A DNA stretch of 64,000 nucleotides from Brevundimonas sp. (GTDB taxonomy: Bacteria > Pseudomonadota > Alphaproteobacteria > Caulobacterales > Caulobacteraceae): positions 16,443 through 80,442 of the forward strand of contig NZ_SDZL01000002.1 of assembly GCF_004210735.1 (NCBI RefSeq), given 5' to 3'. Under the pieces are notes generated by a model that saw nothing but the letters and a program-made list of their open reading frames with translations, was not told where the DNA came from and searched no databases. The position numbers were made by a program, and so were the translations under genes. Positions 1-9,515 of the stretch are shown in pieces (position 1 is the first letter of the stretch; every line of letters starts with the position of its first letter).

Positions 1-90
1 GAGATCGGCCGGGGCGACATCCCCTCATCGGCCCAACCGTCCTTTATCGAGATGGAAGAGGCCCTGTCGGCCGCCCCCACCGACGCCTGA
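1..90 (+). CDS. 3' end of an unidentified CDS entering from upstream of the window
   Basis: Frame 1 is open from base 1 to TGA at 88-90 with GC-rich third positions; too short to assign a family. Confidence 0.3.
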   Translation, partial: EIGRGDIPSSAQPSFIEMEEALSAAPTDA

Positions 91-168
91 TCGCGGACCG
101 TTCACGACCCCTCACGGGAACGTCAGCGCCCCTGGCCGGTTGTCTCTCCGACCTGAAGGAGGGACGTG

Positions 169-468
169 ATGCGCACTATCCTCGCCGGGGCCTCGGCCCT
201 GTTCGCCCTGTCGCTGGCCGGGTGCAGCCCGCCGGACAAGTCGGCCGACGAATCCATGCCCGCCGATGCGGCCGCGCCTTCGACCGACGGCATGGCTATG
301 ACGCCGTCTCCGACCGAGTCGACCACCACCGCCGGCCCCGCCATGACGCCGCCGCCCACGGTCGCCCCGGGCGAGCCGACGCCGGGTGAGCCCATGCCGG
401 GATCGCCCCCACAGAATCCGCCGCCGACCCTGCCCGAGGACACCCCTCCAGGCGCTCCCCCGGCCTGA
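169..468 (+). CDS. small Pro-rich lipoprotein (hypothetical)
   Basis: AAGGAGGG RBS just upstream of ATG 169 (track starts at GTG 166); signal peptide with lipobox LSLAGC; remainder is P/T/A low complexity. Confidence 0.6.
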   Translation: MRTILAGASALFALSLAGCSPPDKSADESMPADAAAPSTDGMAMTPSPTESTTTAGPAMTPPPTVAPGEPTPGEPMPGSPPQNPPPTLPEDTPPGAPPA

Positions 469-488
469 TCCCTTTACAGGAGACTGAA

Positions 489-794
489 ATGACGCCTCGC
501 CGGACCCTTTTCACGCCCGCCGCCCTCGCCCTGGGCGCCGCCCTGACGCTGGCGGCCTGCCAACAGCCTGACAGCAATCGCACCGAGGAAATGACGGCCG
601 ACGCCGCCGCCGACACCGCGGCCATCGCCGCCAACCAGGCCGCGGACAATGCGGCGGCGGCCTCGACGTCGGCGTCCCAGGCCGCCTCGGAAGCCGGCGC
701 GGCGATCGATCAGACGGCCATGCCGCCCCAGCAGGCCCCGGCCTCGACGTCGGACACGGCCATGCCGCCGCCCGCCAATCCGCCGGCCCAGTAA
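489..794 (+). CDS. small Ala/Pro-rich lipoprotein (hypothetical)
   Basis: AGGAG RBS; signal peptide with lipobox LTLAAC; low-complexity A/P/S/T tail. Confidence 0.6.
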   Translation: MTPRRTLFTPAALALGAALTLAACQQPDSNRTEEMTADAAADTAAIAANQAADNAAAASTSASQAASEAGAAIDQTAMPPQQAPASTSDTAMPPPANPPAQ

Positions 795-941
795 AAACAC
801 CAGACGGAACGCGTTTTCCTTCGACGGATAACGATAGATCACGAATGCGTGAGAATTTCGCTTGCGCTTCTTCTCACGATCCCGTTATCTCCGGGCTGCG
901 GGGGTTCATGATCCCGCACACCCTTCTGAAGGAAAAAAACT

Positions 942-1214
942 ATGCGCATCACCGCTCTGATCGCCGCTTCGGCCGCTGCTCTGGCCCTGGCCGCTTGCCA
1001 ACCCGCCGCCACCGACAAGGCTGAAGACGCCGCCGCCGACGCTTCGGCCGCTGCCGACACCGCCGCTGACGCTGCTGCGACCGCCGACGCCGCCGCCACC
1101 GACGCTGCTGCCGCCGCTGGCGAAGCTGCCGCCGTTGCCCCGGCTGCCGACGCTGCTGCCGCTCCGGCCGCTGACGCCGCTGCTGCTCCGGCCGCTCCGG
1201 CTGCTGCTCACTAA
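942..1214 (+). CDS. small Ala/Asp-repeat lipoprotein (hypothetical)
   Basis: GAAGGA RBS; signal peptide with lipobox LALAAC; repeated PAADAAAA units; followed by a rho-independent terminator. Confidence 0.6.
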   Translation: MRITALIAASAAALALAACQPAATDKAEDAAADASAAADTAADAAATADAAATDAAAAAGEAAAVAPAADAAAAPAADAAAAPAAPAAAH

Positions 1215-1255
1215 GACTTCGGTCTTTCACGACCTCCGGGTCGTGGAGCGAGAAA

Positions 1256-1283
1256 GGGGTCGCCTCCGGGCGGCCCCTTTTTT
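1256..1283 (+). terminator. rho-independent terminator after the third lipoprotein gene
   Basis: GGGGTCGCC-TCCG-GGCGGCCCC hairpin followed by TTTTTT. Confidence 0.65.
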
Positions 1284-1312
1284 CATGCGCGCAAGCTGCT
1301 AGAGCCCCCGCC

Positions 1313-3100
1313 ATGACCGCTTCTGATGACGCCTCTCCGCAACTGGTCTGGGCCGACGACGGTTCGCCCCGCTCGGGCCGCTTCGGCGACGTCTATTTTT
1401 CAAAGGACGACGGTCTGGCGGAAACCCGCGCCGTCTTCCTGCAGGGCTGCGGCCTGCCCGAGGCCTGGGCCGGACGCGACCGGTTCACCGTCGCCGAGCT
1501 GGGTTTCGGCACGGGCCTGAACATCATCGCCCTGATCGACCTGTGGCGGCGCCATCGCCCGGCCGGCGGAGAGTTGCATGTCTTTTCGGTCGAGGGGTTC
1601 CCCCTGACGGCGGACGACGCACGCCGCGCCCTGGCCGCCTGGCCGGAAGTGGCCGAAGTCGCCGAGGCTTTGCTGGCCGTCTGGCCCCCGTCCACACCCG
1701 GCTTTCATCGCATCGACCTGCCGACGTTCGGCGTCACCCTGGATCTGGTTATCGGCGAGGTTGAATGGGCGCTGTCGCAGTGGGACGGAGCGGCCGACGC
1801 CTGGTTCCTGGACGGCTTTTCGCCCGCGCTCAATCCCGCCATGTGGTCGCCGCAGGTGATGGCCCTGGTCGCCGCCCGCTCGGCGCCCGACGCCCGACTG
1901 GCCACCTTCACCGTCGCCGGCTTCGTGCGCCGGGCTTTGGCGGACCAAGGCTTCACCGTCGAGAAACGCCCCGGCCATGGCCGCAAGCGCGAGCGGCTTG
2001 AGGCGCGGCGCGGCGGCGCGCCCCGCCTTCTGCTTCGCCGCCGCATCGCCGTCGTGGGCGCAGGCATCGCGGGCGCCGCCGCCGTGCGCGCTCTGACCGC
2101 CGACGGCCATGAGGTGGTGCTGATCGAGCAGGACCGCCCCGGCGCCGGCGCCTCGGGCTTTCCCGCCTCGCTGGTGACGCCGCGCCTGGACGCAGGCGAC
2201 GCCGTCATCGCCGGCCTGCATGCCCAGGCGCTGGAGCGTGCGGGGCGGCTTTATCGCGATGTGCCCGGCGCAATCGTGGCGCAGGGCGTTCTGCAACTGG
2301 AGCAGGCGCCGCGCGACGCCGCGCGATTCGCCAAGGTCGCAGCCCAGGATATCTGGACGGACGGCGCCATGACCACGCTGGACGCCGTCGCCTGCGCCGA
2401 ACGACTGGGCGAGTCCGCACATACGGGCGGCCTGTTCATGCGCGATGCGCTGGCCATCCAGGCCGCGCCGGTGCTTCAGGCCTGGCTGGCGGGGACCGCA
2501 AGCCGTCTCTCCGCTGAGGTCGCCCGACTGGAACGCCTCGACGCCGGCTGGCGCCTGCTGGACGCACAGGACGCCCTCATCGCCGAGGTCGAGGTCGTGG
2601 TGATCGCCGCCGGATGGGGCTCGGCCGTGCTGGCCGATCTGGGCCTGTCCCCGGTTCGCGGTCAGGCCGACTGGGTCGAGGGCGTGACCGCCCAGCCCGT
2701 CGCTTGGGGCGGATACGCCGCGCCGACGCCATCCGGCCTGCTGTTCGGCGCCACCCACGACCGGGATCAGACCGACTGTGACCCGCGCCCGGAAGACAGC
2801 GAGCGCAATCGCCAGACCCTGCGCGCCCGCCTGCCCGATCTGGCCGCGCGGATCGACGGCGCGGTCGCCCACAGCCGGGCCGCCGTCCGCGCCACCACGC
2901 CCGACCGCCTGCCCCTGGCCGGACAGTTGCAGGACGGCCTGTTCGTGCTGACGGGCCTGGGCTCGCGCGGTTTCTGCTTGGCGCCGCTGCTGGGCGAGCA
3001 TGTCGCGGCCATGATCTCCGCCGCGCCGTCGCCCCTGCCCCGCGATTTCGCCGACCGCCTGCGCCCGGATCGCCACATGCCCTTGCGCAACCAACGGTGA
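1313..3100 (+). CDS. mnmC: bifunctional tRNA mnm5s2U34 methyltransferase / FAD-dependent cmnm5s2U oxidoreductase MnmC
   Basis: 595 aa. N-terminal MnmD-type domain (FGDVYFSKDDGLAETRAVFLQG, ELGFGTGLN). C-terminal FAD oxidoreductase domain (VVGAGIAGAAA dinucleotide fold). Confidence 0.85.
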   Translation: MTASDDASPQLVWADDGSPRSGRFGDVYFSKDDGLAETRAVFLQGCGLPEAWAGRDRFTVAELGFGTGLNIIALIDLWRRHRPAGGELHVFSVEGFPLTADDARRALAAWPEVAEVAEALLAVWPPSTPGFHRIDLPTFGVTLDLVIGEVEWALSQWDGAADAWFLDGFSPALNPAMWSPQVMALVAARSAPDARLATFTVAGFVRRALADQGFTVEKRPGHGRKRERLEARRGGAPRLLLRRRIAVVGAGIAGAAAVRALTADGHEVVLIEQDRPGAGASGFPASLVTPRLDAGDAVIAGLHAQALERAGRLYRDVPGAIVAQGVLQLEQAPRDAARFAKVAAQDIWTDGAMTTLDAVACAERLGESAHTGGLFMRDALAIQAAPVLQAWLAGTASRLSAEVARLERLDAGWRLLDAQDALIAEVEVVVIAAGWGSAVLADLGLSPVRGQADWVEGVTAQPVAWGGYAAPTPSGLLFGATHDRDQTDCDPRPEDSERNRQTLRARLPDLAARIDGAVAHSRAAVRATTPDRLPLAGQLQDGLFVLTGLGSRGFCLAPLLGEHVAAMISAAPSPLPRDFADRLRPDRHMPLRNQR

Positions 3101-3140
3101 AGGTGGACGCTTAGCTGCAATACGCCCCCGGGAGACGACG

Positions 3141-3545
3141 ATGCGCGCCACGACCCTGACCGCCCTTGCGGCCCTCACCCTGCCCCTGCTGGGCGCCTGC
3201 GCGGCCAGCGCGACCGGCGACGCTGCCGTTCCGGCCGAAAGCGCGCGCCAGTGCTTTTCCTCGTCCCAGGTGACTAATTTCCGCACCGGATCGGTCCAGA
3301 CTGTCTATCTGCGCGCCGGCCGGGACGATGTATTCGAGCTTCAGTCCACCGGCTTCTGTCGCGACCTGGACACGGCCAACGCCATCGTCATCAGCCCTCT
3401 GTATTCCGGCGGCGACCGGCTATGCGGCGGCGATGACGCGGCCATCACCATCGGCGGCTCGCGCGACGCCCCGTGCCGCGTCCGCGTCATCAAGAAGCTG
3501 ACGACCGAGGAAGTGGCCGCCTTGCCGGGCCGCGAACGCCCCTGA
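3141..3545 (+). CDS. hypothetical lipoprotein
   Basis: Signal peptide with lipobox LLGAC; 134 aa with several Cys; no family recognised with confidence. Confidence 0.55.
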   Translation: MRATTLTALAALTLPLLGACAASATGDAAVPAESARQCFSSSQVTNFRTGSVQTVYLRAGRDDVFELQSTGFCRDLDTANAIVISPLYSGGDRLCGGDDAAITIGGSRDAPCRVRVIKKLTTEEVAALPGRERP

Positions 3546-3557
3546 TCCCGGCGACGG

Positions 3558-5702
3558 CTACGCCTTCTGGGCGTAGCCGAGGCGCTGGTTCAGCTTTTCG
3601 ATCATGTCGGCGGCCGTGTCGGCGATGATCGAGCCGGGCGGATAGACGGCGGCCGCGCCCATGTCGATCAGCGGCTGCACATCGCCCGGCGGGATGACGC
3701 CGCCCACCACGATCATGATGTCCGGACGGCCCAGCTTCGCCAGCTCGGCCTTAAGCTCCGGCACTAGGGTCAGGTGACCGGCGGCAAGCGATGAGGCGCC
3801 CACGGCGTGGACGTTCTTTTCCACCGCATCGCGCGCGGCCTCGGCCGGGGTCTGGAACAGGGCGCCGGCGGTGATGTCGAAACCCAGATCGCCATAGGCG
3901 GTGGCGACGACCTTCTGGCCCCGGTCGTGGCCGTCCTGGCCCAGTTTGGCGATCAGGATACGCGGCGGCCCGCCGTCGTTCTCGATGAAGGTCGCGACCA
4001 TGTCGCGGGCGCGGGCGACCTTGGGATCGCGCCCCGCCTCCCGGCCATAGACGCCCGAGACCGTCTTCACCGTGGCGACGTGGCGACCGAAGGCGGCCTC
4101 CAGCGCGTCCGAGATTTCCCCCACCGTGGCCTTGGCGCGAGCAGCATGAACCGCCAGCTCCAGCAGGTTGGCGTTCCCGCGCGCGCCGTTGGTCAACGCT
4201 TCCAGCGCGGCGTCGGTCGCGACCTGATCCCGCTCGGCGCGCAGGCGCTTCAGCTTGTCGATCTGGGCGCTAAGGACGGCGGCGTTGTCGACCTTGAGCA
4301 TCGGAATGTCGTCGGGCGTATCGTTCAGATAGCGGTTCACTCCGACCACGGTCTGCTTGCCCGTGTCGATCCAGGCCTGGGTGCGGGCGGCCGATTCCTC
4401 GATCCGCAGCTTGGGGATGCCCGCCTCGATGGCCTGGGCCATGCCGCCCGCCGCTTCGACCTCGGCCATCAGGGCGCGGGCCTTGTTGGCCAGATCGTGG
4501 GTCAGGCGCTCGACGTAATAGCTGCCGCCCCACGGGTCGATGACGCGGGTCAGGCCCGTCTCCATCTGCAGCAGGATCTGGGTGTTGCGCGCGATCCGGG
4601 CCGAAAAATCGGTCGGCAGGGCCAACGCCTCGTCCAGGGCGTTGGTGTGCAGGCTCTGGGTCTGACCGCCCGCTGCCGCCATGGCCTCGACCATGGTGCG
4701 CGGCACATTGTTGAACACGTCCTGGGCCGCGAGGCTCCAGCCCGAGGTCTGGCAGTGGGCGCGCAGCGACAGCGAGCGCTGGTCCTTCGGCGCGAACTTC
4801 TGCATCACCTTTTCGGCCCACAACAGGCGGCCGGCGCGCATCTTGGCCACCTCCATGAAGTAGTTCATGCCGATGGCCCAGAAGAAGCTCAGACGCGGCG
4901 CGAACCGGTCCACGTCCATGCCCGCGTCGACGCCCGCCTTGATGTATTCCAGCCCGTCCGACAGCGTATAGGCCAGCTCGATATCGGCCGAGGCCCCCGC
5001 CTCCTGCATGTGATAGCCGGAGATGGAGATGGAGTTGAACTTCGGTGTCTCCTGCGCGGTCCAGGCGAAGATGTCCGAGATGATCCGCATGCTGGGCGCA
5101 GGCGGATAGATGTAGGTGTTGCGGACCATGAACTCCTTCAGAATGTCGTTCTGAATGGTCCCGGTCAGGGCCGCGTGCGGCACCCCCTGCTCTTCGGCCG
5201 CCACGACATAGAGGGCCAGGATCGGCAGCACGGCGCCGTTCATGGTCATCGACACCGACATTTGGTCCAGCGGAATGCCGTCAAACAGGGTCCGCATGTC
5301 CAGAATGCTGTCGATGGCCACGCCGGCCATGCCGACGTCGCCCTTTACCCGCGGATGGTCGCTGTCATAGCCCCGGTGGGTGGCCAGATCGAAGGCGATC
5401 GACAGCCCCTTCTGCCCCGCCGCCAGGTTCCGCCGATAAAAGGCGTTCGATTCCTCGGCGGTCGAGAAGCCCGCGTACTGCCGGATCGTCCACGGATTGC
5501 CCGCATACATGGTCGGATACGGCCCGCGCATATAGGGCGCGAAACCCGGCAGGCCGTGGATGGCGTCCAGACCCTCCAGCGCCTCGGGACCATAGGCGGT
5601 CTGGACCGTCAGGCCCTCAGGCGTCAGCCACGGGTCCCGGCTCGGGCCTGCGCCCGTCGTGGTCAGGTCGAGGTCGACCTTGGAGAAGTCGGGGAAGCTC
5701 AT
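3558..5702 (-). CDS. scpA: methylmalonyl-CoA mutase, large (catalytic, B12-binding) subunit
   Basis: 714 aa with typical MCM sequence ([34 protein letters not shown]) and a C-terminal B12-binding domain ([11 protein letters not shown]). Confidence 0.95.
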   Translation of the reverse strand: MSFPDFSKVDLDLTTTGAGPSRDPWLTPEGLTVQTAYGPEALEGLDAIHGLPGFAPYMRGPYPTMYAGNPWTIRQYAGFSTAEESNAFYRRNLAAGQKGLSIAFDLATHRGYDSDHPRVKGDVGMAGVAIDSILDMRTLFDGIPLDQMSVSMTMNGAVLPILALYVVAAEEQGVPHAALTGTIQNDILKEFMVRNTYIYPPAPSMRIISDIFAWTAQETPKFNSISISGYHMQEAGASADIELAYTLSDGLEYIKAGVDAGMDVDRFAPRLSFFWAIGMNYFMEVAKMRAGRLLWAEKVMQKFAPKDQRSLSLRAHCQTSGWSLAAQDVFNNVPRTMVEAMAAAGGQTQSLHTNALDEALALPTDFSARIARNTQILLQMETGLTRVIDPWGGSYYVERLTHDLANKARALMAEVEAAGGMAQAIEAGIPKLRIEESAARTQAWIDTGKQTVVGVNRYLNDTPDDIPMLKVDNAAVLSAQIDKLKRLRAERDQVATDAALEALTNGARGNANLLELAVHAARAKATVGEISDALEAAFGRHVATVKTVSGVYGREAGRDPKVARARDMVATFIENDGGPPRILIAKLGQDGHDRGQKVVATAYGDLGFDITAGALFQTPAEAARDAVEKNVHAVGASSLAAGHLTLVPELKAELAKLGRPDIMIVVGGVIPPGDVQPLIDMGAAAVYPPGSIIADTAADMIEKLNQRLGYAQKA

Positions 5703-7090
5703 GGGTTGGCCTCCTCGGACGCGATTTCAAAGGGCGCAGCGAACCGCACGGGGGTCAGGGCGCCGTCGCGCACGGGAACATAGGCGGGCTCGGCCGTCTC
5801 GACCGGCGCCGGGCGCGGATCGGGATCGACATACCGGGTCACGCCGACCATCTGGCGCGCGCCGTCCTTCAGCGCCGCCTCCAGCTGGCCGCGCGCGCGT
5901 TCGACGCGCGGCTGGATCAGGCCGTGCTTCAGCGCCTCAACGACGCCTCCTTCGGATTCAATCCACTGGAACTCGGCCCAGCCGGCCTCGGCCAGATCGC
6001 GCGTGCGGGCGTCCAGAAACCAGGAGCCGGCGGCGGGATCATCGACGCGGCCGATGTTCGCCTCTTCCATCAGCACCAGCTGGGTGTTGCGGGCCTGACG
6101 CCGGGCGAAGGCGTCCGGGCGGCCCTCGGCCCGGGTGAAGCCGTCCAGCACCACCACATCCGCCCCGCCCACGGCCCCGGCGAAACCGGCGGCGGTCAGG
6201 CGCAGCAGGTTGGGCCACGGGTCGCGCGCCGCCAGCATCCGCCGCGACGAGCGCGCCTCAATGATCGCCGGGGTCTCATGCCCGAAGGCGCGGGACAGGC
6301 TGGCCCAGATCAGGCGCATCGCCCGCACCTTGGCCATGGCGTCGAAATATTCGGCGTCGACCGCCACGCCCAGCACCACGCCCTTCAGCGCCCGCTCGAC
6401 GCTCAGCCCGGCCTCAACGGCGGCCTTTACATAGGCGACGGCGCTGGCGGCGGCGAAGGCCAGCTCCTGCCCCGCCGAACCGCCCGCTTCGTGCACGACC
6501 CGGCCCGACGCCATGAACAGGCGCGCCTCGGGATAGGCGCCGGCGTGCCAGCTGGCCGTCTCGGCCGCCTTGGCGATCAGCGCCTCGACCGGGATCGGCG
6601 CCTCGCCCGCCCCGGCGAAGGCCGAGATCGGATCCATGTGAAACTGCAGTTGCGCGCGCGGCGAACCCTTGGCCACCGCCGCCAGGGCGTTGGCCGCCAC
6701 ATGCCCGTCGAACCCGGCGTCCAGCGCCACCGGCGCCAGCTCCAGCGCCACGCCTTCCAGCGCGCGGGCCAGCGCCTCCGCATCACGCACCACCGCGCCC
6801 GACAGCAGCACCGAGGCCGCGCCGTTCTCCAGGTCCGTCAGCACCGCCGCATTGACCGCGTCCGCCGCCTCGCCCTCGACCAGGGTGCGCAGATCCCAGG
6901 CCCGACCCTCGGCGTCGCTGGGGCGGGGCGCGCGCAGCGGCGTCACCCCCGTCTGGTCGCCATACAGCGGCCGGACCACCAGACCGTCGGCGTCCAGATG
7001 CAACAGGCTTTCGATGGCGCGGCCCTTCAGCGCCTTCTCGGCCTGGGCGCGCCAGTCGGCCGGGCCGGGCCGGGCGAACAGATCGGACAT
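5699..7090 (-). CDS. mutA: methylmalonyl-CoA mutase small (beta) subunit, short form
   Basis: 463 aa MutA-like barrel region. Its stop overlaps the start of the large-subunit gene in ATGA. Confidence 0.8.
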   Translation of the reverse strand: MSDLFARPGPADWRAQAEKALKGRAIESLLHLDADGLVVRPLYGDQTGVTPLRAPRPSDAEGRAWDLRTLVEGEAADAVNAAVLTDLENGAASVLLSGAVVRDAEALARALEGVALELAPVALDAGFDGHVAANALAAVAKGSPRAQLQFHMDPISAFAGAGEAPIPVEALIAKAAETASWHAGAYPEARLFMASGRVVHEAGGSAGQELAFAAASAVAYVKAAVEAGLSVERALKGVVLGVAVDAEYFDAMAKVRAMRLIWASLSRAFGHETPAIIEARSSRRMLAARDPWPNLLRLTAAGFAGAVGGADVVVLDGFTRAEGRPDAFARRQARNTQLVLMEEANIGRVDDPAAGSWFLDARTRDLAEAGWAEFQWIESEGGVVEALKHGLIQPRVERARGQLEAALKDGARQMVGVTRYVDPDPRPAPVETAEPAYVPVRDGALTPVRFAAPFEIASEEANP

Positions 7091-7157
7091 GGGACCTCCG
7101 CTTCAGTGGCGGTCCTTTTGCGTCCCCCGGCCGCCCGCGTCCAGTATCGAACAGTCG

Positions 7158-7943
7158 TCAGGTCGTGGGCGAGGGGTCGATCGCCTTGTGCGGCTCCAGC
7201 CCACCCGACAGCAGGCAGGCCCAGATTTCCTCGGCCGTATCGGCGAACCGGAACAGCTCCACATCCCCCGGCGCGATGAAGCCGTTGTCCACCAGCGCCT
7301 CGAACCCGATCACCGAGCGCCAGAACGCCTCGTCCACCAGCACGACCGGGATGCGCGGCGCCTTGTCCGTCTGGCGCAGGGTCAGGATCTCGAACAACTC
7401 ATCAAAGGTCCCGAACCCGCCGGGGAACACCACCAGCGCGTTGGCCCGCATCGCCAGATGCATCTTCCGCATCGCGAAATAGTGGAAGCGGAACGTCAGC
7501 TCCGGCGTCGAATAGGCGTTCGGCTCCTGCTCGTGCGGCAGGGTGATGTTGTAACCGATGGACGGCGCGCCGACCTCGGCCGCCCCCCGGTTGGCCGCCT
7601 CCATCACGCCCGGGCCGCCGCCGGTGGCGATGACGTTGTCGCGCACCTGCCCGCCGTTCAGCAAGGCCCCGCCCTCCTTCGACGCCAGCGCCCCGAACTG
7701 CCGCGCTGTCTCGTACCAGCGCGGGTGCAGACCCGGCCCGTCGGGGCGAATACGGGCGCTGCCGAACACCACGATGGTCGAGCGCACCCCCCACCGGCGC
7801 AGCGCCTCCTCGGTCTTGGCGTACTCCAGCAGGAAGCGCACCCCGCGCATGGAATCGCCCAGCAGGAAATCCTGATCCAGCGCCGCCATGCGATAGGAGG
7901 GCGAGGCCATCTGGGGGGCGTTCGGCTTGATGTCGTCAGTCAT
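7158..7943 (-). CDS. LOG family protein (TIGR00730-type, cytokinin riboside 5'-monophosphate phosphoribohydrolase-like)
   Basis: 261 aa with the PGGFGTFDELFE motif and GGGPGVMEAANRGA. Confidence 0.85.
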   Translation of the reverse strand: MTDDIKPNAPQMASPSYRMAALDQDFLLGDSMRGVRFLLEYAKTEEALRRWGVRSTIVVFGSARIRPDGPGLHPRWYETARQFGALASKEGGALLNGGQVRDNVIATGGGPGVMEAANRGAAEVGAPSIGYNITLPHEQEPNAYSTPELTFRFHYFAMRKMHLAMRANALVVFPGGFGTFDELFEILTLRQTDKAPRIPVVLVDEAFWRSVIGFEALVDNGFIAPGDVELFRFADTAEEIWACLLSGGLEPHKAIDPSPTT

Positions 7944-7988
7944 GATCTCAGCCTAGCGGCGCTGGCGATCAGAGGCGACACCTCCGCG

Positions 7989-9365
7989 CTATACGGCGCG
8001 CGCGTGCCGGGCCGCCGACGGACGCAATGTCGTGTCGAACGCCGCGCAGGCCACCCGCACGAACGGCTTGCCCGCCTCGGTCATGCGGATGCGTGCGCCC
8101 TCGTGGACCAGCAGGCCGTCCGCTTGAACCGGCGCCAGTCGCGCCAGCGCCTCGGCCAGGTCGGACGGCGTCCGGCCGTGCCGCGCGCAGACCGCGTCCA
8201 GATCGACCGCGAAGTCGCACATCAGCCGTTCGATGAGCTCGCCCCGGAACCGGTCCTCGTCGCTCAACGCCACGCCGCGCGCGATCGGCAGTCGCCCTTC
8301 GCTGACCGCTTCGCGCCAGTCGCGCTCGACCGTGATGTTCTGGACATAGCCGCCGGGCGTCTGGCCGATGGACGAGGCGCCCAAGCCGATCAGCACCGGC
8401 GCCTCATCGACGACATAGCCCTGGAAGTTGCGCCGCATCCGCCCCTCGCGCGCCGCGACCGCCAGCGGGTCGTCCGGCAGGGCGAAATGATCCAGACCGA
8501 TGGCCTGATAGCCGGCTGCGACCAGTCGGTCGGACGCCGCACGGCTCTGTTCGAACCGCGCCTCGGCGCCCGGAAGTTCGGCCTCATTGATCAGCTTCTG
8601 GTGCGGCTTCATCCACGGCACATGAGCGTAGCCGAACAGGGCGATCCGTTCGGGCCGCAGTGTCAGGATCTGCTCCAGCGTCGCCAGCACCTGATCGACC
8701 CCCTGACGCGGCAGGCCGTACATCAGGTCCAGATTGACCGAGCCGACGCCCGCCTCGCGCAGCCAGCCGGTCGCCTGTTCGATCACCACGAACGGCTCGA
8801 TCCGGTTCACCGCCTGCTGCACCTGCGGCGACAGGTCCTGCACCCCCAGACTGGCGCGGTTCAGGCCGTGGCGGGCGGCGGCGCGGACCCAGTCGCGGGT
8901 CAGGACGGCGGGGTCCAGTTCGGCCGCGATCTGATCCACCGCGCCCATGTCGAACGCCTGGCCCAGCGCGCCGAACAGCCGATCCAGATCGGCGGGCGAC
9001 AGCATGTTGGGCGTGCCGCCGCCCAGATGCAGTGAACCGATGCCCAGCCGTCGCCCGGCGACATTGGCGACCATCGCCGCTTCCTTCGCCAGCAGCTCGA
9101 CATAGTCGCTGATGGTCTGCGCCCGGTTCACCGCCCGGGTGTTGCAGCCGCAGTACCAGCACAGACGCTTGCAGAACGGCAGATGGACATACAGCGACAC
9201 CGGCCGGTCCAGCGGCGCCTCAGCCATCCAGCCGGTCCAGGTCGCCGGGCCGACGGCGGGCGTGAACTGCGCCGCCGTCGGATAGCTGGTGTAGCGCGGG
9301 ACGTTGGCGTCGTGCCGGGCGATCAGGGCCGCGACATCGGCGCCGTCCGGATCAGACGTCGGCAT
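7989..9365 (-). CDS. hemN: oxygen-independent coproporphyrinogen III oxidase (radical SAM)
   Basis: 458 aa with the CxxxCxxC motif YVHLPFCKRLCWYCGCN. Its start overlaps the cydX 3' end by 14 nt. Confidence 0.9.
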   Translation of the reverse strand: MPTSDPDGADVAALIARHDANVPRYTSYPTAAQFTPAVGPATWTGWMAEAPLDRPVSLYVHLPFCKRLCWYCGCNTRAVNRAQTISDYVELLAKEAAMVANVAGRRLGIGSLHLGGGTPNMLSPADLDRLFGALGQAFDMGAVDQIAAELDPAVLTRDWVRAAARHGLNRASLGVQDLSPQVQQAVNRIEPFVVIEQATGWLREAGVGSVNLDLMYGLPRQGVDQVLATLEQILTLRPERIALFGYAHVPWMKPHQKLINEAELPGAEARFEQSRAASDRLVAAGYQAIGLDHFALPDDPLAVAAREGRMRRNFQGYVVDEAPVLIGLGASSIGQTPGGYVQNITVERDWREAVSEGRLPIARGVALSDEDRFRGELIERLMCDFAVDLDAVCARHGRTPSDLAEALARLAPVQADGLLVHEGARIRMTEAGKPFVRVACAAFDTTLRPSAARHARAV

Positions 9366-9492
9366 CGACCGGGTCCGGCTCGGACGCCCCGACGTCGCCT
9401 TCGTCGAACAGGCGGAACTCGTGCCACAGGCCGTTCAGCACGCCGAACCCCACCGCCAGGCCCAGACCCAGGATCCAGGAGAAATACCACAT
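9352..9492 (-). CDS. cydX: cytochrome bd oxidase small subunit CydX
   Basis: 46 aa MWYFSWILGLGLAVGFGVLNGLW..., immediately downstream of cydB. Lies inside the longer spurious track ORF 9352..10143. Confidence 0.8.
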   Translation of the reverse strand: MWYFSWILGLGLAVGFGVLNGLWHEFRLFDEGDVGASEPDPVDADV

Positions 9493-9515
9493 GGGACGAT
9501 CCTTCTTTCTCGGGC

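Noticed and set aside
1400-3286. 628-aa ORF antisense to mnmC. Similar very long antisense ORFs occur at 3807..5783, 5924..7279, 6669..9035, 9693..10685, 11002..12381, 12364..13560, 13734..15155, 20353..22203, 22089..23252, 25301..26635, 29675..30601, 33078..35021, 35799..37280, 37296..38171, 41701..43164, 44294..45322, 46350..47222, 51896..53017, 58708..60882 and 61670..63250
   Set aside because: All lie opposite genes with clear family signatures. Their translations are Arg/Gly/Ala/Pro-rich low complexity with no motifs. Long stop-free antisense frames are expected in DNA this GC-rich.
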